A stretch of DNA of 25,279 bases from a virus (lineage: Duplodnaviria > Caudoviricetes), in IMG/VR virus record IMGVR_UViG_3300046006_004850, positions 1 through 25,279 of that record; one strand, given 5' to 3'. Shown here piece after piece: positions 1 to 8,880 of this stretch. A program made the translations under genes and the position numbers. Numbering within the stretch: the stretch's first letter is position 1; every line of letters begins with the position of its first letter. The notes beneath the pieces were generated by a model that was given only the letters and a program-made list of their open reading frames with translations, did no database searches and had not been told where the DNA came from.

Positions 1-2
1 TG

Positions 3-305
3 ATTAAACAACATAATAAGTTAAGACTTAATTATGATGCAATGTCTAAAATGATTGCTTATCATTCTGATTACCATTTAAAACCAGTATGGGATGGAGA
101 GGATCAAGAAGCATTAGCTGAAATAATGGGTTGTATTAAAGTATTAGATATACCTCAAGATAAAGTATGGTTTATGCCTGCTGGTGATTCAAGAGAGGCT
201 TTATTCAAATCATATCCAAAAATGTTTGATTGGGTGAGAGATAATGGTTACAGATTAACTTGGAGACCTCATATCATTGCATTTGAAGATCAAAGGGAGG
301 TATAA
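3..305 (+). CDS. queE: 7-carboxy-7-deazaguanine synthase (radical SAM), C-terminal part; truncated by window start
   Basis: Frame is open from base 3. C-terminal pattern VWFMPAG...GYRLTWRPHI resembles QueE, and folE is adjacent. The CxxxCxxC motif is not inside the window. Confidence 0.7.
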   Translation: MKQHNKLRLNYDAMSKMIAYHSDYHLKPVWDGEDQEALAEIMGCIKVLDIPQDKVWFMPAGDSREALFKSYPKMFDWVRDNGYRLTWRPHIIAFEDQREV

Positions 306-310
306 CAATA

Positions 311-345
311 AATTTGGTTACTCAAATTATATTTCGTATATTTAG
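311..345 (+). promoter_or_regulatory. Putative Bacteroidota-type promoter (TTTG-N20-TATATTTA) overlapping a small inverted repeat
   Basis: TTTG 313-316, TTCGTATATTTA 333-344, inverted repeat AATTTG/CAAATT 311-328. The motif recurs in the window. Confidence 0.65.
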
Positions 346-364
346 ATAAATAAATAAGTTATAA

Positions 365-1060
365 ATGGAGAATAAAAGAAGAAAAATCCACGAAGAATTA
401 GAAGTGGTACAAGTAGGTTTTGCAAATGGTGTTGCAGAAGGTTTTCCCTTAAATGATAAAGAAAAACTAAAAATGATTGATAAAGCTGAAAAGGCATATG
501 GTCAATTTTTAGATGCTTTAAAATGTGATTGGAGAAATGATCCAAACTCAATGGAAACACCTCGTCGTGTAGCTAAAGCATATGTAAATGATTTATGGGC
601 TGGTAGATATAATGCAATGTCTCCAATTACATCGTTTCCATCAGATGGTTATGATGGTGTAATTATAGAACGTAATATACCATTAACTTCAATGTGTTCA
701 CATCACCATCAAACAATTGGAGGTGTAGTTCATATTGGTTACATTTCAGGTGAAAATGGTCAAGTAATTGGTTTATCTAAATTAAATCGTATTGTAGAAT
801 TATTTGGTCGCAGAGGAGCAATTCAAGAACAATTAACATCTGCTATTCATAATGCTGTAAATAAAATTACAGAAGGTAATTTAGGTGTAATTGTTACTAT
901 AGTTGGAACTCACAATTGTGTATCTTGTAGAGGTGTTAAACACCAAGGGGCAGCAATGGTTACTACTAAAGCAAGTGGTGCTTTTAGAGATGATACTAAT
1001 CAAGCTCGTAAAGAGTTTTTTGATTCATTGAAAATTAACAATGGAGGACATAATATCTAA
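365..1060 (+). CDS. folE: GTP cyclohydrolase I
   Basis: ETPRRVAK, SMCSHH, IGLSKLNRIV, QEQLT and HNCVSCRGV motifs. Confidence 0.95.
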   Translation: MENKRRKIHEELEVVQVGFANGVAEGFPLNDKEKLKMIDKAEKAYGQFLDALKCDWRNDPNSMETPRRVAKAYVNDLWAGRYNAMSPITSFPSDGYDGVIIERNIPLTSMCSHHHQTIGGVVHIGYISGENGQVIGLSKLNRIVELFGRRGAIQEQLTSAIHNAVNKITEGNLGVIVTIVGTHNCVSCRGVKHQGAAMVTTKASGAFRDDTNQARKEFFDSLKINNGGHNI

Positions 1061-1064
1061 AGAT

Positions 1065-1469
1065 ATGTTAAAAGTAGATAATAAAATTTATTTAAGCTGG
1101 GATGATGTTAATGATTTAGTTGACATTTTATGTGAAAAAATAATTACAGAAAAACCAAACATTGATTCAGTATTTGGTTTAAAACGTGGTGGGCTGATCC
1201 CAGCAGTAATGGTATCTCATAAATTAGGTTTACCATGGTCTGATGTAATGTATCCAAATACCTTAGTAATAGATGATATTTGTGATACTGGAGAAACGTT
1301 AAAAAATTGCATTGGTGTTTATACTGCCGTACTTCATCATAAACCACATACCGCGTGTTATACGCCAAGTATATGCGCAGTAACGCACGATAGTGATGAA
1401 TGGATAATATACCCTTGGGAAAGAAAAGATAGTAGTCCTATTCAAGATTACAAATTAAATAACAAATAA
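1065..1469 (+). CDS. Purine (xanthine/guanine-type) phosphoribosyltransferase
   Basis: GLKRGGLIPA, PRPP-binding LVIDDICDTGET and WIIYPWE motifs. ATG 1065 preferred over 1041, which overlaps folE. Confidence 0.85.
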   Translation: MLKVDNKIYLSWDDVNDLVDILCEKIITEKPNIDSVFGLKRGGLIPAVMVSHKLGLPWSDVMYPNTLVIDDICDTGETLKNCIGVYTAVLHHKPHTACYTPSICAVTHDSDEWIIYPWERKDSSPIQDYKLNNK

Positions 1470-1480
1470 AAATAAAAATT

Positions 1481-1681
1481 ATGTATTGGCAAGTAGACGT
1501 AAAAATGGAATTCGAAAATGATCGTGGTAGAGTTCAAAAAGTAATTGAAAAATATTTAGTAAGTGCCTTTTCAGCAACCGACGCTGAAGCTAAAATTTAT
1601 AAAGAATTTGAAGGTGATTCTAATTTTTCAGTAGAAAAAGTAGTAAAATCTAAAATCTTGAAAATCTTAGGTGATGAGTAG
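1481..1681 (+). CDS. DUF4494-like small protein
   Basis: G-x-x-x-K-V-x-E-x-Y-L-V-x-A-x-S-x-T-D-A-E-A pattern recalled from the Bacteroidota/phage DUF4494 family. Confidence 0.65.
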   Translation: MYWQVDVKMEFENDRGRVQKVIEKYLVSAFSATDAEAKIYKEFEGDSNFSVEKVVKSKILKILGDE

Positions 1682-2342
1682 AGAAAGTATGAGAGGAATA
1701 TCTCAAGAAAAAGAGGTTTATGCTTTAACTCGTAAAATAGCATCAAATGTTGCTTTTATGACTAAAGAAGATATTAAAGTATTAGAATATCTTGCAACTA
1801 AAGGTGATTATTCAGATAAAGTAATTAAATTAGTAGATAAAAAATATGTACCTTTTATCTCAGAAGTAGAAGAATTTAACGCCGTAATGGGTAAACCTAA
1901 TAATTATGAACCAATTATCCCCGAACGAAAAGAATGGGAGTTTGTATACAATTTCGTCCTTGAAGAACTTGAAGAATATAGAGAAGCTTGCGAAGGAGGA
2001 GACATCGTTGAGATTTTGGACGCTTTGTGTGATATTACTTATGTTGCCGTTGGGAACGGTGCTATGCTACATGGCATTAAGGATAAGGTATGGGAAGCAT
2101 ATCAAGAGGTTCAAGCGTCAAATTTATCTAAAGCTTGCAAAACAGAAGAAGAAGCTCAAGCAACAGTCGATAAAAGAAGCATCGAACAAGGTGAAGCATG
2201 TCATTACGAAAAAGTTGGACCTTATTACATCGTTTATAGAACAAGAGACAAAAAAGTAATGAAAAATGTAAATTATTTTAGACCTGATTTGTCTAAATTC
2301 TTTACAGAAGAACAATTAAGTAACTTCAATAGAATCAAGTAG
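1671..2342 (+). CDS. MazG-like all-alpha NTP pyrophosphohydrolase with N-terminal extension
   Basis: EELEEY...EILDALCDITYV...EVQASNLSK motifs. Confidence 0.85.
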   Translation: MMSRESMRGISQEKEVYALTRKIASNVAFMTKEDIKVLEYLATKGDYSDKVIKLVDKKYVPFISEVEEFNAVMGKPNNYEPIIPERKEWEFVYNFVLEELEEYREACEGGDIVEILDALCDITYVAVGNGAMLHGIKDKVWEAYQEVQASNLSKACKTEEEAQATVDKRSIEQGEACHYEKVGPYYIVYRTRDKKVMKNVNYFRPDLSKFFTEEQLSNFNRIK

Positions 2343-4085
2343 ATGTATACTAAATGCTATCCAGGTAAAAAATTAGGGGAAAATTATTATGAAATCCACC
2401 TTTGGGATGATCAAAATGGATATCAGAAAATCCCTTATAACAACATAGCATATCAGGAATGTTCAGAGGAAGATCACTCATGTAAAGGTTTAAATGGTGA
2501 ATACCTAAAACCTGTATCTAAGTGGTTTTTCTCTAAAAATCCTGATTATTCTCACAAGAATACTCCTGGATTGCATTTTCATGATATGCCTATAGAACAA
2601 AAGTTTTTAGTTGAGCGTTATGGTATTAATGATGAACCTTCAACTGGACATAGAGAAGTATTTTTTGATATTGAGTGTGAGATTGGTGGTGCCCTAACTG
2701 AGGATTACATTGAAAGTGCTCCGATGCCTATCACCTCTATAGCTTGGTGGGATAAAACACCTGATACTTGGCATATACTTATTTTAGATAAAAAAGGTCA
2801 ATTACAGCATACTAAAGCTAGAAACAAAGAAATTATACCCTGTAAAACTGAACATGAATTATTAGCTAAATTTATTGAAGCTATTCGAAATATTGATCCA
2901 GATATTTTAATAGGTTATAATAGTGATTATTTTGATATACCTTACTTGTATTATAGAATGTGTAATACAATAGGTAAAGAATGGGCTGATCAATTATCAC
3001 CACTTGGTACTGTTAATTCTAAAAAATATAGTAAATTCTTTTATAAACAAAGTCAATTTGTAGATATTGTTGGTGTTGAATCCTTAGATTATATGCTTTT
3101 GCATAAGAAGTATAGTTGGAAAGATGAACCAAGTTGGAAATTAGATGCTATTGGTCAAAAATATGCTGGTGTGAATAAAGTTGAATTTGAAGGTAATTTA
3201 GATCAATTATTTGAAAATGATATTCATAAGTTTATAGAATATAACTTTATGGATGTTAACATCTTAAAATTATTAGATGAAAAACTTCAATATATTGCTT
3301 TAACTAAAAATTTATCACATAAGGGAAAACATAATTACTGTGAAGTTTATTCAAACAGTAAAACCCAAGACGGAGCAATTTCAGCTTATCTTTTATCTAA
3401 AAGTATAATTCCTCCTCCAAAAGAAATTAATCCTCAAAAGAAAGATAACTATGCAGGTGGTTATTTATTTTGCCCTAAAGCAGGATTATACAAGTATATG
3501 TTTGATGAGGATTTAACATCACTATACCCATCTATTATAATGTCAGTTAACATAGGTAAGGAAACTTTTATAGGACGTATTATAGATGCAGATGATCGTA
3601 ATAATAGATTGGGGCTTAACGATTTAAAGGCTAAAGATCCTAAAGAATTATTATTAGTTGAAAATGCTAAACGTAAACAAACTAATGTTGAAGCAGGAGT
3701 ACTTGTAGGTATTATCGAATCTCAAAATTTAGCGGTTGCAGCAAATGGTTCAATGTTTAGAACAGATAAAGAATCAGTATTATCTACTATTTTAAAGAAA
3801 TGGTTTGAAGAAAGAGTACTATATAAAAACAGAATGAAAACTGCTTATAAAGCAGGAGATAAAGAAAAAGGTGAATATAATCACTTAATGCAATACACAA
3901 TGAAAATTTTATTAAATAGTTTATATGGAGCCACAGCATTACCTTCATTTAGATATGGAATGAATCTTGCTATATTAAGTGAAGCTATTACTTTATCAGG
4001 ACACAGAATTATTCAAGAATCAGCTTTATGTGCTAATAGGCATATGAACAAAGTAATTAGAAACGAAATTAAATTAGAGATATAA
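2343..4085 (+). CDS. Family B DNA polymerase, N-terminal subunit (3'-5' exonuclease, motifs A and B)
   Basis: ExoI FFDIEC, ExoII GYNSDYFDIPY, ExoIII YNFMDV, motif A DLTSLYPSII, motif B KILLNSLYG. Ends before motif C. Confidence 0.93.
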   Translation: MYTKCYPGKKLGENYYEIHLWDDQNGYQKIPYNNIAYQECSEEDHSCKGLNGEYLKPVSKWFFSKNPDYSHKNTPGLHFHDMPIEQKFLVERYGINDEPSTGHREVFFDIECEIGGALTEDYIESAPMPITSIAWWDKTPDTWHILILDKKGQLQHTKARNKEIIPCKTEHELLAKFIEAIRNIDPDILIGYNSDYFDIPYLYYRMCNTIGKEWADQLSPLGTVNSKKYSKFFYKQSQFVDIVGVESLDYMLLHKKYSWKDEPSWKLDAIGQKYAGVNKVEFEGNLDQLFENDIHKFIEYNFMDVNILKLLDEKLQYIALTKNLSHKGKHNYCEVYSNSKTQDGAISAYLLSKSIIPPPKEINPQKKDNYAGGYLFCPKAGLYKYMFDEDLTSLYPSIIMSVNIGKETFIGRIIDADDRNNRLGLNDLKAKDPKELLLVENAKRKQTNVEAGVLVGIIESQNLAVAANGSMFRTDKESVLSTILKKWFEERVLYKNRMKTAYKAGDKEKGEYNHLMQYTMKILLNSLYGATALPSFRYGMNLAILSEAITLSGHRIIQESALCANRHMNKVIRNEIKLEI

Positions 4086-4348
4086 TGGCATTATCAGCAC
4101 AAGCAATCCGAAAAGAAACAACTATTATAGTTGATGGTCAAAGAATACCTAAAGATGAATTGATTGAAATAAGCCGAGGTTGGAGCGATATTCAAGAAAA
4201 TTTCTTTAGAAAAATGCTTCATCAAGGTGGGGAATTTAAAATAAAGGGTGTATCTTATCACATCAAACCCGCTGAAGCACTTTTAACTTCACGTGGAGAA
4301 AAAGATTGTGGTATAATAACAGTACCTGGAGAAGATAGTAGATTTTAA
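4085..4348 (+). CDS. Hypothetical protein inserted between the two polymerase halves
   Basis: 87-aa ORF with TAATG stop/start overlaps at both ends. Confidence 0.7.
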   Translation: MALSAQAIRKETTIIVDGQRIPKDELIEISRGWSDIQENFFRKMLHQGGEFKIKGVSYHIKPAEALLTSRGEKDCGIITVPGEDSRF

Positions 4349-5283
4349 TGAAACATTTAGAAGAAACCCCTTGGTGGATCTGTGATCCCGATGATATCAA
4401 CTACTGTGCCTATGTGGATACAGATAGTAACTATTTTAATGCCGAACCCCTACTACTTCATCTTTATCCTAATTTTGCAGAATTTAGTGATGCTGAAAAA
4501 GATGATATTTTAGAGAAGGTAGCACTTAAGTATCAAGATATCATTACCAATCATTATAACATTTTAGCTAAAGAATGTTTTAATGTTGATGAACATCGTC
4601 TTGAAATGAAAACCGAATGTGTTATTCGTTCAGCTTATTTTAGAGCTACAAGAAGATATGCTCAATGGATTACTAAACAGGAGGGTATTGCTAAAGAAAC
4701 TTTAGATATTAAAGGTTTAGAGTTTATGAAAGCTAACTTTCCACCTATTTTAGGAGAATTCTTCAATGATATTTTAAAACAAGTTCTAAAAGGAGCTTCA
4801 CATAGTCATATTTTAGAACAAATTAAAGTATTTAAAAAACAAATCTTAGATAATACTATTCCTCTTAACAGATTAGGTAATCCAACTGCTGTTAAGAAAT
4901 TAGAAAAATACTCAGGTAAGAATGCTCGAGCAGGAGAGATGTTTACTGAAATTCTTAAAGGTGCACCTGCATCTGTTCGAGCAACTATTCGTTATAATGA
5001 TTTATTAAGATTATGGCAATTAGATAAAAAACATAATTACATTACTCAAGCAGATAAAGTAAAATGGATTTATTTAAAAGATAATCCATATAAAATTGAA
5101 GCATTAGCCTTTTTTGATTATGATATGCCTGATAAGATAAATGAATTTTTAGCTAAGTATGCTGATAGGCAAAAAATATTTGATTCTATATTGTTAAACA
5201 AATTAGAAGGATTTTTTAGTGATTTAGAATGGAATTTAGATTTAAATCCTTATAAAAAAGCATTTGATTTTTTTGAAGTTTAA
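4348..5283 (+). CDS. Family B DNA polymerase, C-terminal subunit (motif C, thumb)
   Basis: Motif C YVDTDS, then RRYA and IKGLE motifs. Confidence 0.92.
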   Translation: MKHLEETPWWICDPDDINYCAYVDTDSNYFNAEPLLLHLYPNFAEFSDAEKDDILEKVALKYQDIITNHYNILAKECFNVDEHRLEMKTECVIRSAYFRATRRYAQWITKQEGIAKETLDIKGLEFMKANFPPILGEFFNDILKQVLKGASHSHILEQIKVFKKQILDNTIPLNRLGNPTAVKKLEKYSGKNARAGEMFTEILKGAPASVRATIRYNDLLRLWQLDKKHNYITQADKVKWIYLKDNPYKIEALAFFDYDMPDKINEFLAKYADRQKIFDSILLNKLEGFFSDLEWNLDLNPYKKAFDFFEV

Positions 5284-5306
5284 AAAAGAAATATTATATT
5301 ACAGTT

Positions 5307-6029
5307 ATGATAAATAAAAATATATTACAGAGCGTTATTTCAAAATATCACTTAGGTGGACGTCACAATCGAGTAAAATGGAGAATTAAGGATAATACAT
5401 TAACTATTTTTGCTAGTGAAGGAGGTAGAGCATGTAAAGTTGTTCTTGATAATTTCCCACTACAAGATAGTGAGTTAGGAATTTTTGATACTGATAAATT
5501 AACTAAATTATTATCTATTACTAATGGTGATTTAATGTTATCTTTACAAGGTAGAAAAGAATTATATACCATTTTAGATATTGCTGATGCCAATTTTGAT
5601 TTAACCTACACATTAGCTGATTCCTTAACTATAGGAAAAGCACAGTGGGTGAGTGACCCTGATTCATTTGAAGTTGAATTAGAATTAGATCAATCTGATA
5701 TAGGTCATATTATTAAAGCTAAAAGTGCATTGCCTGAATCTCAGAATATGCAAATTACTACTAAATTAGATACAGATGGTAATCAAATCTGTGAATTCAT
5801 ATTTGGTGATATATCAGGTTATTCAAATAAAATTACTTACAAAATTCAAGGTAAAATAACTAAAGATAATTTAATAATCCCATTTGATTCAAACGTGATT
5901 AAAGATATTTTTAATGCTAATAAAGATATGACTTCTGCTTTATTAAAATTATCTGAAAAAGGATTATTAAAATTAGAATTTGAAGGTGAAGGAATTATAA
6001 GTACATATTATATTTTAAGAAACGAATAA
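5307..6029 (+). CDS. DNA sliding clamp (gp45/PCNA-like)
   Basis: 240 aa, ELGIFD.. segment and C-terminal GLLKLEF...STYYI pattern; follows the polymerase, with clamp loader genes nearby. Confidence 0.7.
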   Translation: MINKNILQSVISKYHLGGRHNRVKWRIKDNTLTIFASEGGRACKVVLDNFPLQDSELGIFDTDKLTKLLSITNGDLMLSLQGRKELYTILDIADANFDLTYTLADSLTIGKAQWVSDPDSFEVELELDQSDIGHIIKAKSALPESQNMQITTKLDTDGNQICEFIFGDISGYSNKITYKIQGKITKDNLIIPFDSNVIKDIFNANKDMTSALLKLSEKGLLKLEFEGEGIISTYYILRNE

Positions 6030-6148
6030 AAAATTGACTTTTCCCTATACTCTATATATGTATCATAAAGTAACTAGTAGCTGGAGCACAAGTTATATTT
6101 TAATAAATTATTTAACCGCGATCTTAGGACGCATAAACGTAAATCGAT

Positions 6149-6550
6149 ATGAGTACAAACTTTAATGAATTTGACATTCTATTCCACAATGCATTTTTCC
6201 CAACAAGTGGATTCGGCTCTGCCAAAACAACAAAACAACCCCATCCCTTAAACATTTTTTACGACGAAACAGGACTATTTTTTGAAGTAGCTTGCACCGG
6301 TCTTACTAAAAGTGATGTAAAAATAGATATCGAAGACGATATTCTAACAATTAGTTATAACAAACCAGAAGAAGAATTACATCCTGGTACTATCCATAGA
6401 GGGTTATCTAAAAAATCCTTTAATTTATCCTATAAAATTTCATCTAAATTTAATCTTCCAGAGGCTGAAGCTAAACTGGAAAATGGTTTATTAGAAATTT
6501 TCATCCCAATTTCCGAGTCAGCAAAACCTAAAACTTTAAAAATAAAGTAA
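6149..6550 (+). CDS. Small heat shock protein Hsp20
   Basis: Alpha-crystallin domain: HRGLSKKSF, AKLENGLLEIFIP and C-terminal LKI (IxI-like). Confidence 0.92.
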   Translation: MSTNFNEFDILFHNAFFPTSGFGSAKTTKQPHPLNIFYDETGLFFEVACTGLTKSDVKIDIEDDILTISYNKPEEELHPGTIHRGLSKKSFNLSYKISSKFNLPEAEAKLENGLLEIFIPISESAKPKTLKIK

Positions 6551-6561
6551 TAGTAATTGCA

Positions 6562-6589
6562 AAAAAACGTGCTCCAGCACAAGTTTTTT
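6562..6589 (+). terminator. Hairpin/terminator after hsp20
   Basis: AAAAAAC-GTGC-tcca-GCAC-aa-GTTTTTT. Confidence 0.5.
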
Positions 6590-6599
6590 CGTATATTTA
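6568..6599 (+). promoter_or_regulatory. Putative promoter (CGTG-N20-TATATTTA)
   Basis: TTCGTATATTTA 6588-6599, upstream of the ORF leading into groES/groEL. Confidence 0.6.
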
Positions 6600-6624
6600 C
6601 GTACACTTAAAAAATTAGTTATAG

Positions 6625-6942
6625 ATGACAACACGTAGAAAATCAATCCAGGTAATTAGAGATCCTTTGTTAGAACCTTTTTTCATCACAAGAGATGAAT
6701 ATAGTTTTACCATTAAACAAGTAATCGAATCAGATTCTGATCACTTTAGATCTAAAGGTAAAAGCAAGACATATGAAAAGTCTTTATATTACTTTTCTGA
6801 TTTTGGCCGCGCTATTAATAAAATAGCAGAATTAAAATCTAATTTAGAAGATTACAACAGTTTAAAAGAGTTTATTGAAAATTATCAAACAATTAGTAAC
6901 CAAATTAAAGATTATACAAATGAAATTAGAAGCACTATTTGA
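6625..6942 (+). CDS. Hypothetical protein
   Basis: 105-aa ORF downstream of a promoter motif. Confidence 0.7.
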   Translation: MTTRRKSIQVIRDPLLEPFFITRDEYSFTIKQVIESDSDHFRSKGKSKTYEKSLYYFSDFGRAINKIAELKSNLEDYNSLKEFIENYQTISNQIKDYTNEIRSTI

Positions 6943-7219
6943 TGCAGTTATCGTTAAGCCCATTGAGAGCGAAGAAACCGTTTACGGAAATATTATCGTT
7001 CCAGATATGGGGAAAGACAAAAATGAGTATGCCGAAATAATTGCTGTAGGCCCAGGAAAACCCACTTTTACAGGTGATTTTATTCCAACAGTATTAAAAG
7101 TAGGAGATAGAGTAGTATTACCTACGATGGGATTTACAAAATTACCATTTCAAGGAGAAGAATACTATGTTGGACCTGAAAACCAGATTTTGGCTAAAGT
7201 AACACAAGAAGAAAAATAA
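6920..7219 (+). CDS. groES: Co-chaperonin GroES
   Basis: LEALFDAVIVK, mobile loop GNIIVPD, IIAVGPG, LKVGDRVV. ATG 6920 chosen rather than the track start at 6875. Confidence 0.92.
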   Translation: MKLEALFDAVIVKPIESEETVYGNIIVPDMGKDKNEYAEIIAVGPGKPTFTGDFIPTVLKVGDRVVLPTMGFTKLPFQGEEYYVGPENQILAKVTQEEK

Positions 7220-7224
7220 AATTT

Positions 7225-8862
7225 ATGGAAAGAAAAATAGAATTCGGTAAAAACGCTAGAATTAATCTAGTACGAGGTATTGATAAATTAGCAGATGCTG
7301 TAGTTTCAACATTAGGTCCTAATGGTCGTAATGTTGTAATTTTTAGAGGTAATGGAGAAGTTCCTCAATCAACAAAAGATGGTGTTACAGTAGCTAAATC
7401 TATAGTTTTAGATAATCCAAGTGAAGAATTAGGGGTACTATTACTTAAACAAGCAGCTATTAATACAGCCAATAAAGCAGGAGATGGAACTACAACTTCA
7501 ACTTTATTAGCACGCGAAATTATTAAAGCAGGTTTAAATAGCCTTGATAATGGTGAAAATGCAGTTAAAATTAAAAGAGAAATTGATGACGCAGTTAAAA
7601 TTGTTATCTCTAATCTTAGAAACAATCTGTCAGAAGATATTTCAGATGAAGGTCAATTAGAACAAATTGCTTCAATTTCTGCAAATAATGATTTAGAAAC
7701 CGGTAAATTAATTGCTTCTGCAATTGAAAAAGTAGGTTTAGAAGGGGTTGTTCATATTGAAGAATCTAAAACTGGAGATACTTATCTTGAAACAGTTGAA
7801 GGTATGCAATTCGATAGAGGTTATAAATCACCTTATTTTGTTACAGATAATAACTCAATGTCATCTGTATTAGAAAACCCAGCTATCTTAATTTTAGATA
7901 CTAGATTAAACACAGTAAAAGAATTACTTCCAATTTTAGAAGCAGTTTCAGCTCAAGGAAAATCATTATTAATTATTGCTGAAGATATTGACAATGAAGC
8001 ACTTGCTACCCTTATTGTTAATAAAATGAGAGGTACAATTAATGTTTGTGCTGTTAAAGCCCCAGATTTTGGAGATCGTAGAAAACTTATCTTAGAAGAT
8101 ATTGCTATTACAACAGGTGGCCAAGTATTTTCCAAAGAAAAAGGAATGAAACTTGACCGTTTTGATTGGGCTTGGTTTGGTTCAGCTAGAAAAGCTACAA
8201 TTACTAAAGATCAAACAACTATTGTTGATGGTAAAGGTGATGTTGAAAGAATTACTTCAAGAATTGAAGAATTACAAGCTCAACTTGAAAAATCAACTAC
8301 TCCTTACGAAACTGAACAATTACAAAACAGACTTGCTAAATTTGTTGGTGGTGTAGCTATTATTCATGTTGGTGGTAACACTGAAACTGAAATGTTAGAG
8401 AAAAAAGATAGAGTTGATGATGCTTTACATGCTACAAAAGCTGCCATAGCCGAAGGTATTTTACCAGGTGGGGGTGTTGCTTTATTAGTTGCTTCTCAAG
8501 GTCTAGATCTTAGTAAAAAAGGTCATAGCATTGTAGCTAAAGCTTGTTCAAAACCATTTGAACAAATTTTAATTAATGCAGGTTATGATATTGCTCAAAC
8601 TGCAATTTTAGGAAAATACAAAGTATTAGAATCAGGTAATAATTGGAACGGTGTTGATGTAGAATCAGGAGAAATTGTTAACTTTAAAGAAAGAGGTATT
8701 ATTGACCCAACTAAAGTAACAAGATTAGCTCTAGAAAATGCTGCCTCAATTGCTGGAACTATTTTATTAACTGAGTGTACTATTACTCAAGATAAAAGTG
8801 CTGAAGAAAGAATGAGAGTGCTTCAATCAAATGCTTCTCAAGGTGCTGGAATGGATTATTAA
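7225..8862 (+). CDS. groEL: Chaperonin GroEL
   Basis: TLGPNGRNV, TKDGVTVAK, GDGTTT, EGMQFDRGYKSPYF, KAPDFGDRRK and GIIDPTKV motifs. Confidence 0.97.
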   Translation: MERKIEFGKNARINLVRGIDKLADAVVSTLGPNGRNVVIFRGNGEVPQSTKDGVTVAKSIVLDNPSEELGVLLLKQAAINTANKAGDGTTTSTLLAREIIKAGLNSLDNGENAVKIKREIDDAVKIVISNLRNNLSEDISDEGQLEQIASISANNDLETGKLIASAIEKVGLEGVVHIEESKTGDTYLETVEGMQFDRGYKSPYFVTDNNSMSSVLENPAILILDTRLNTVKELLPILEAVSAQGKSLLIIAEDIDNEALATLIVNKMRGTINVCAVKAPDFGDRRKLILEDIAITTGGQVFSKEKGMKLDRFDWAWFGSARKATITKDQTTIVDGKGDVERITSRIEELQAQLEKSTTPYETEQLQNRLAKFVGGVAIIHVGGNTETEMLEKKDRVDDALHATKAAIAEGILPGGGVALLVASQGLDLSKKGHSIVAKACSKPFEQILINAGYDIAQTAILGKYKVLESGNNWNGVDVESGEIVNFKERGIIDPTKVTRLALENAASIAGTILLTECTITQDKSAEERMRVLQSNASQGAGMDY

Positions 8863-8880
8863 TCAAATTTAAATTAAAAA

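Noticed and set aside
4030-4430. Split intein, group I intron or sequencing frameshift as the cause of the polymerase break
   Set aside because: No intein-length domain or His-Asn/Cys junction (the sequence reads INYC), no recognisable intron core or homing nuclease motif, and clean TAATG coupling at both junctions. Splicing is not formally excluded without RNA data.
6030-6624. CIRCE or other known heat-shock operator near hsp20/groESL
   Set aside because: No TTAGCACTC-N9-GAGTGCTAA match; only a short AGCAC is shared
6875-6919. Track start for GroES at 6875
   Set aside because: It adds 15 residues overlapping the upstream gene; ATG 6920 gives a canonical GroES N-terminus
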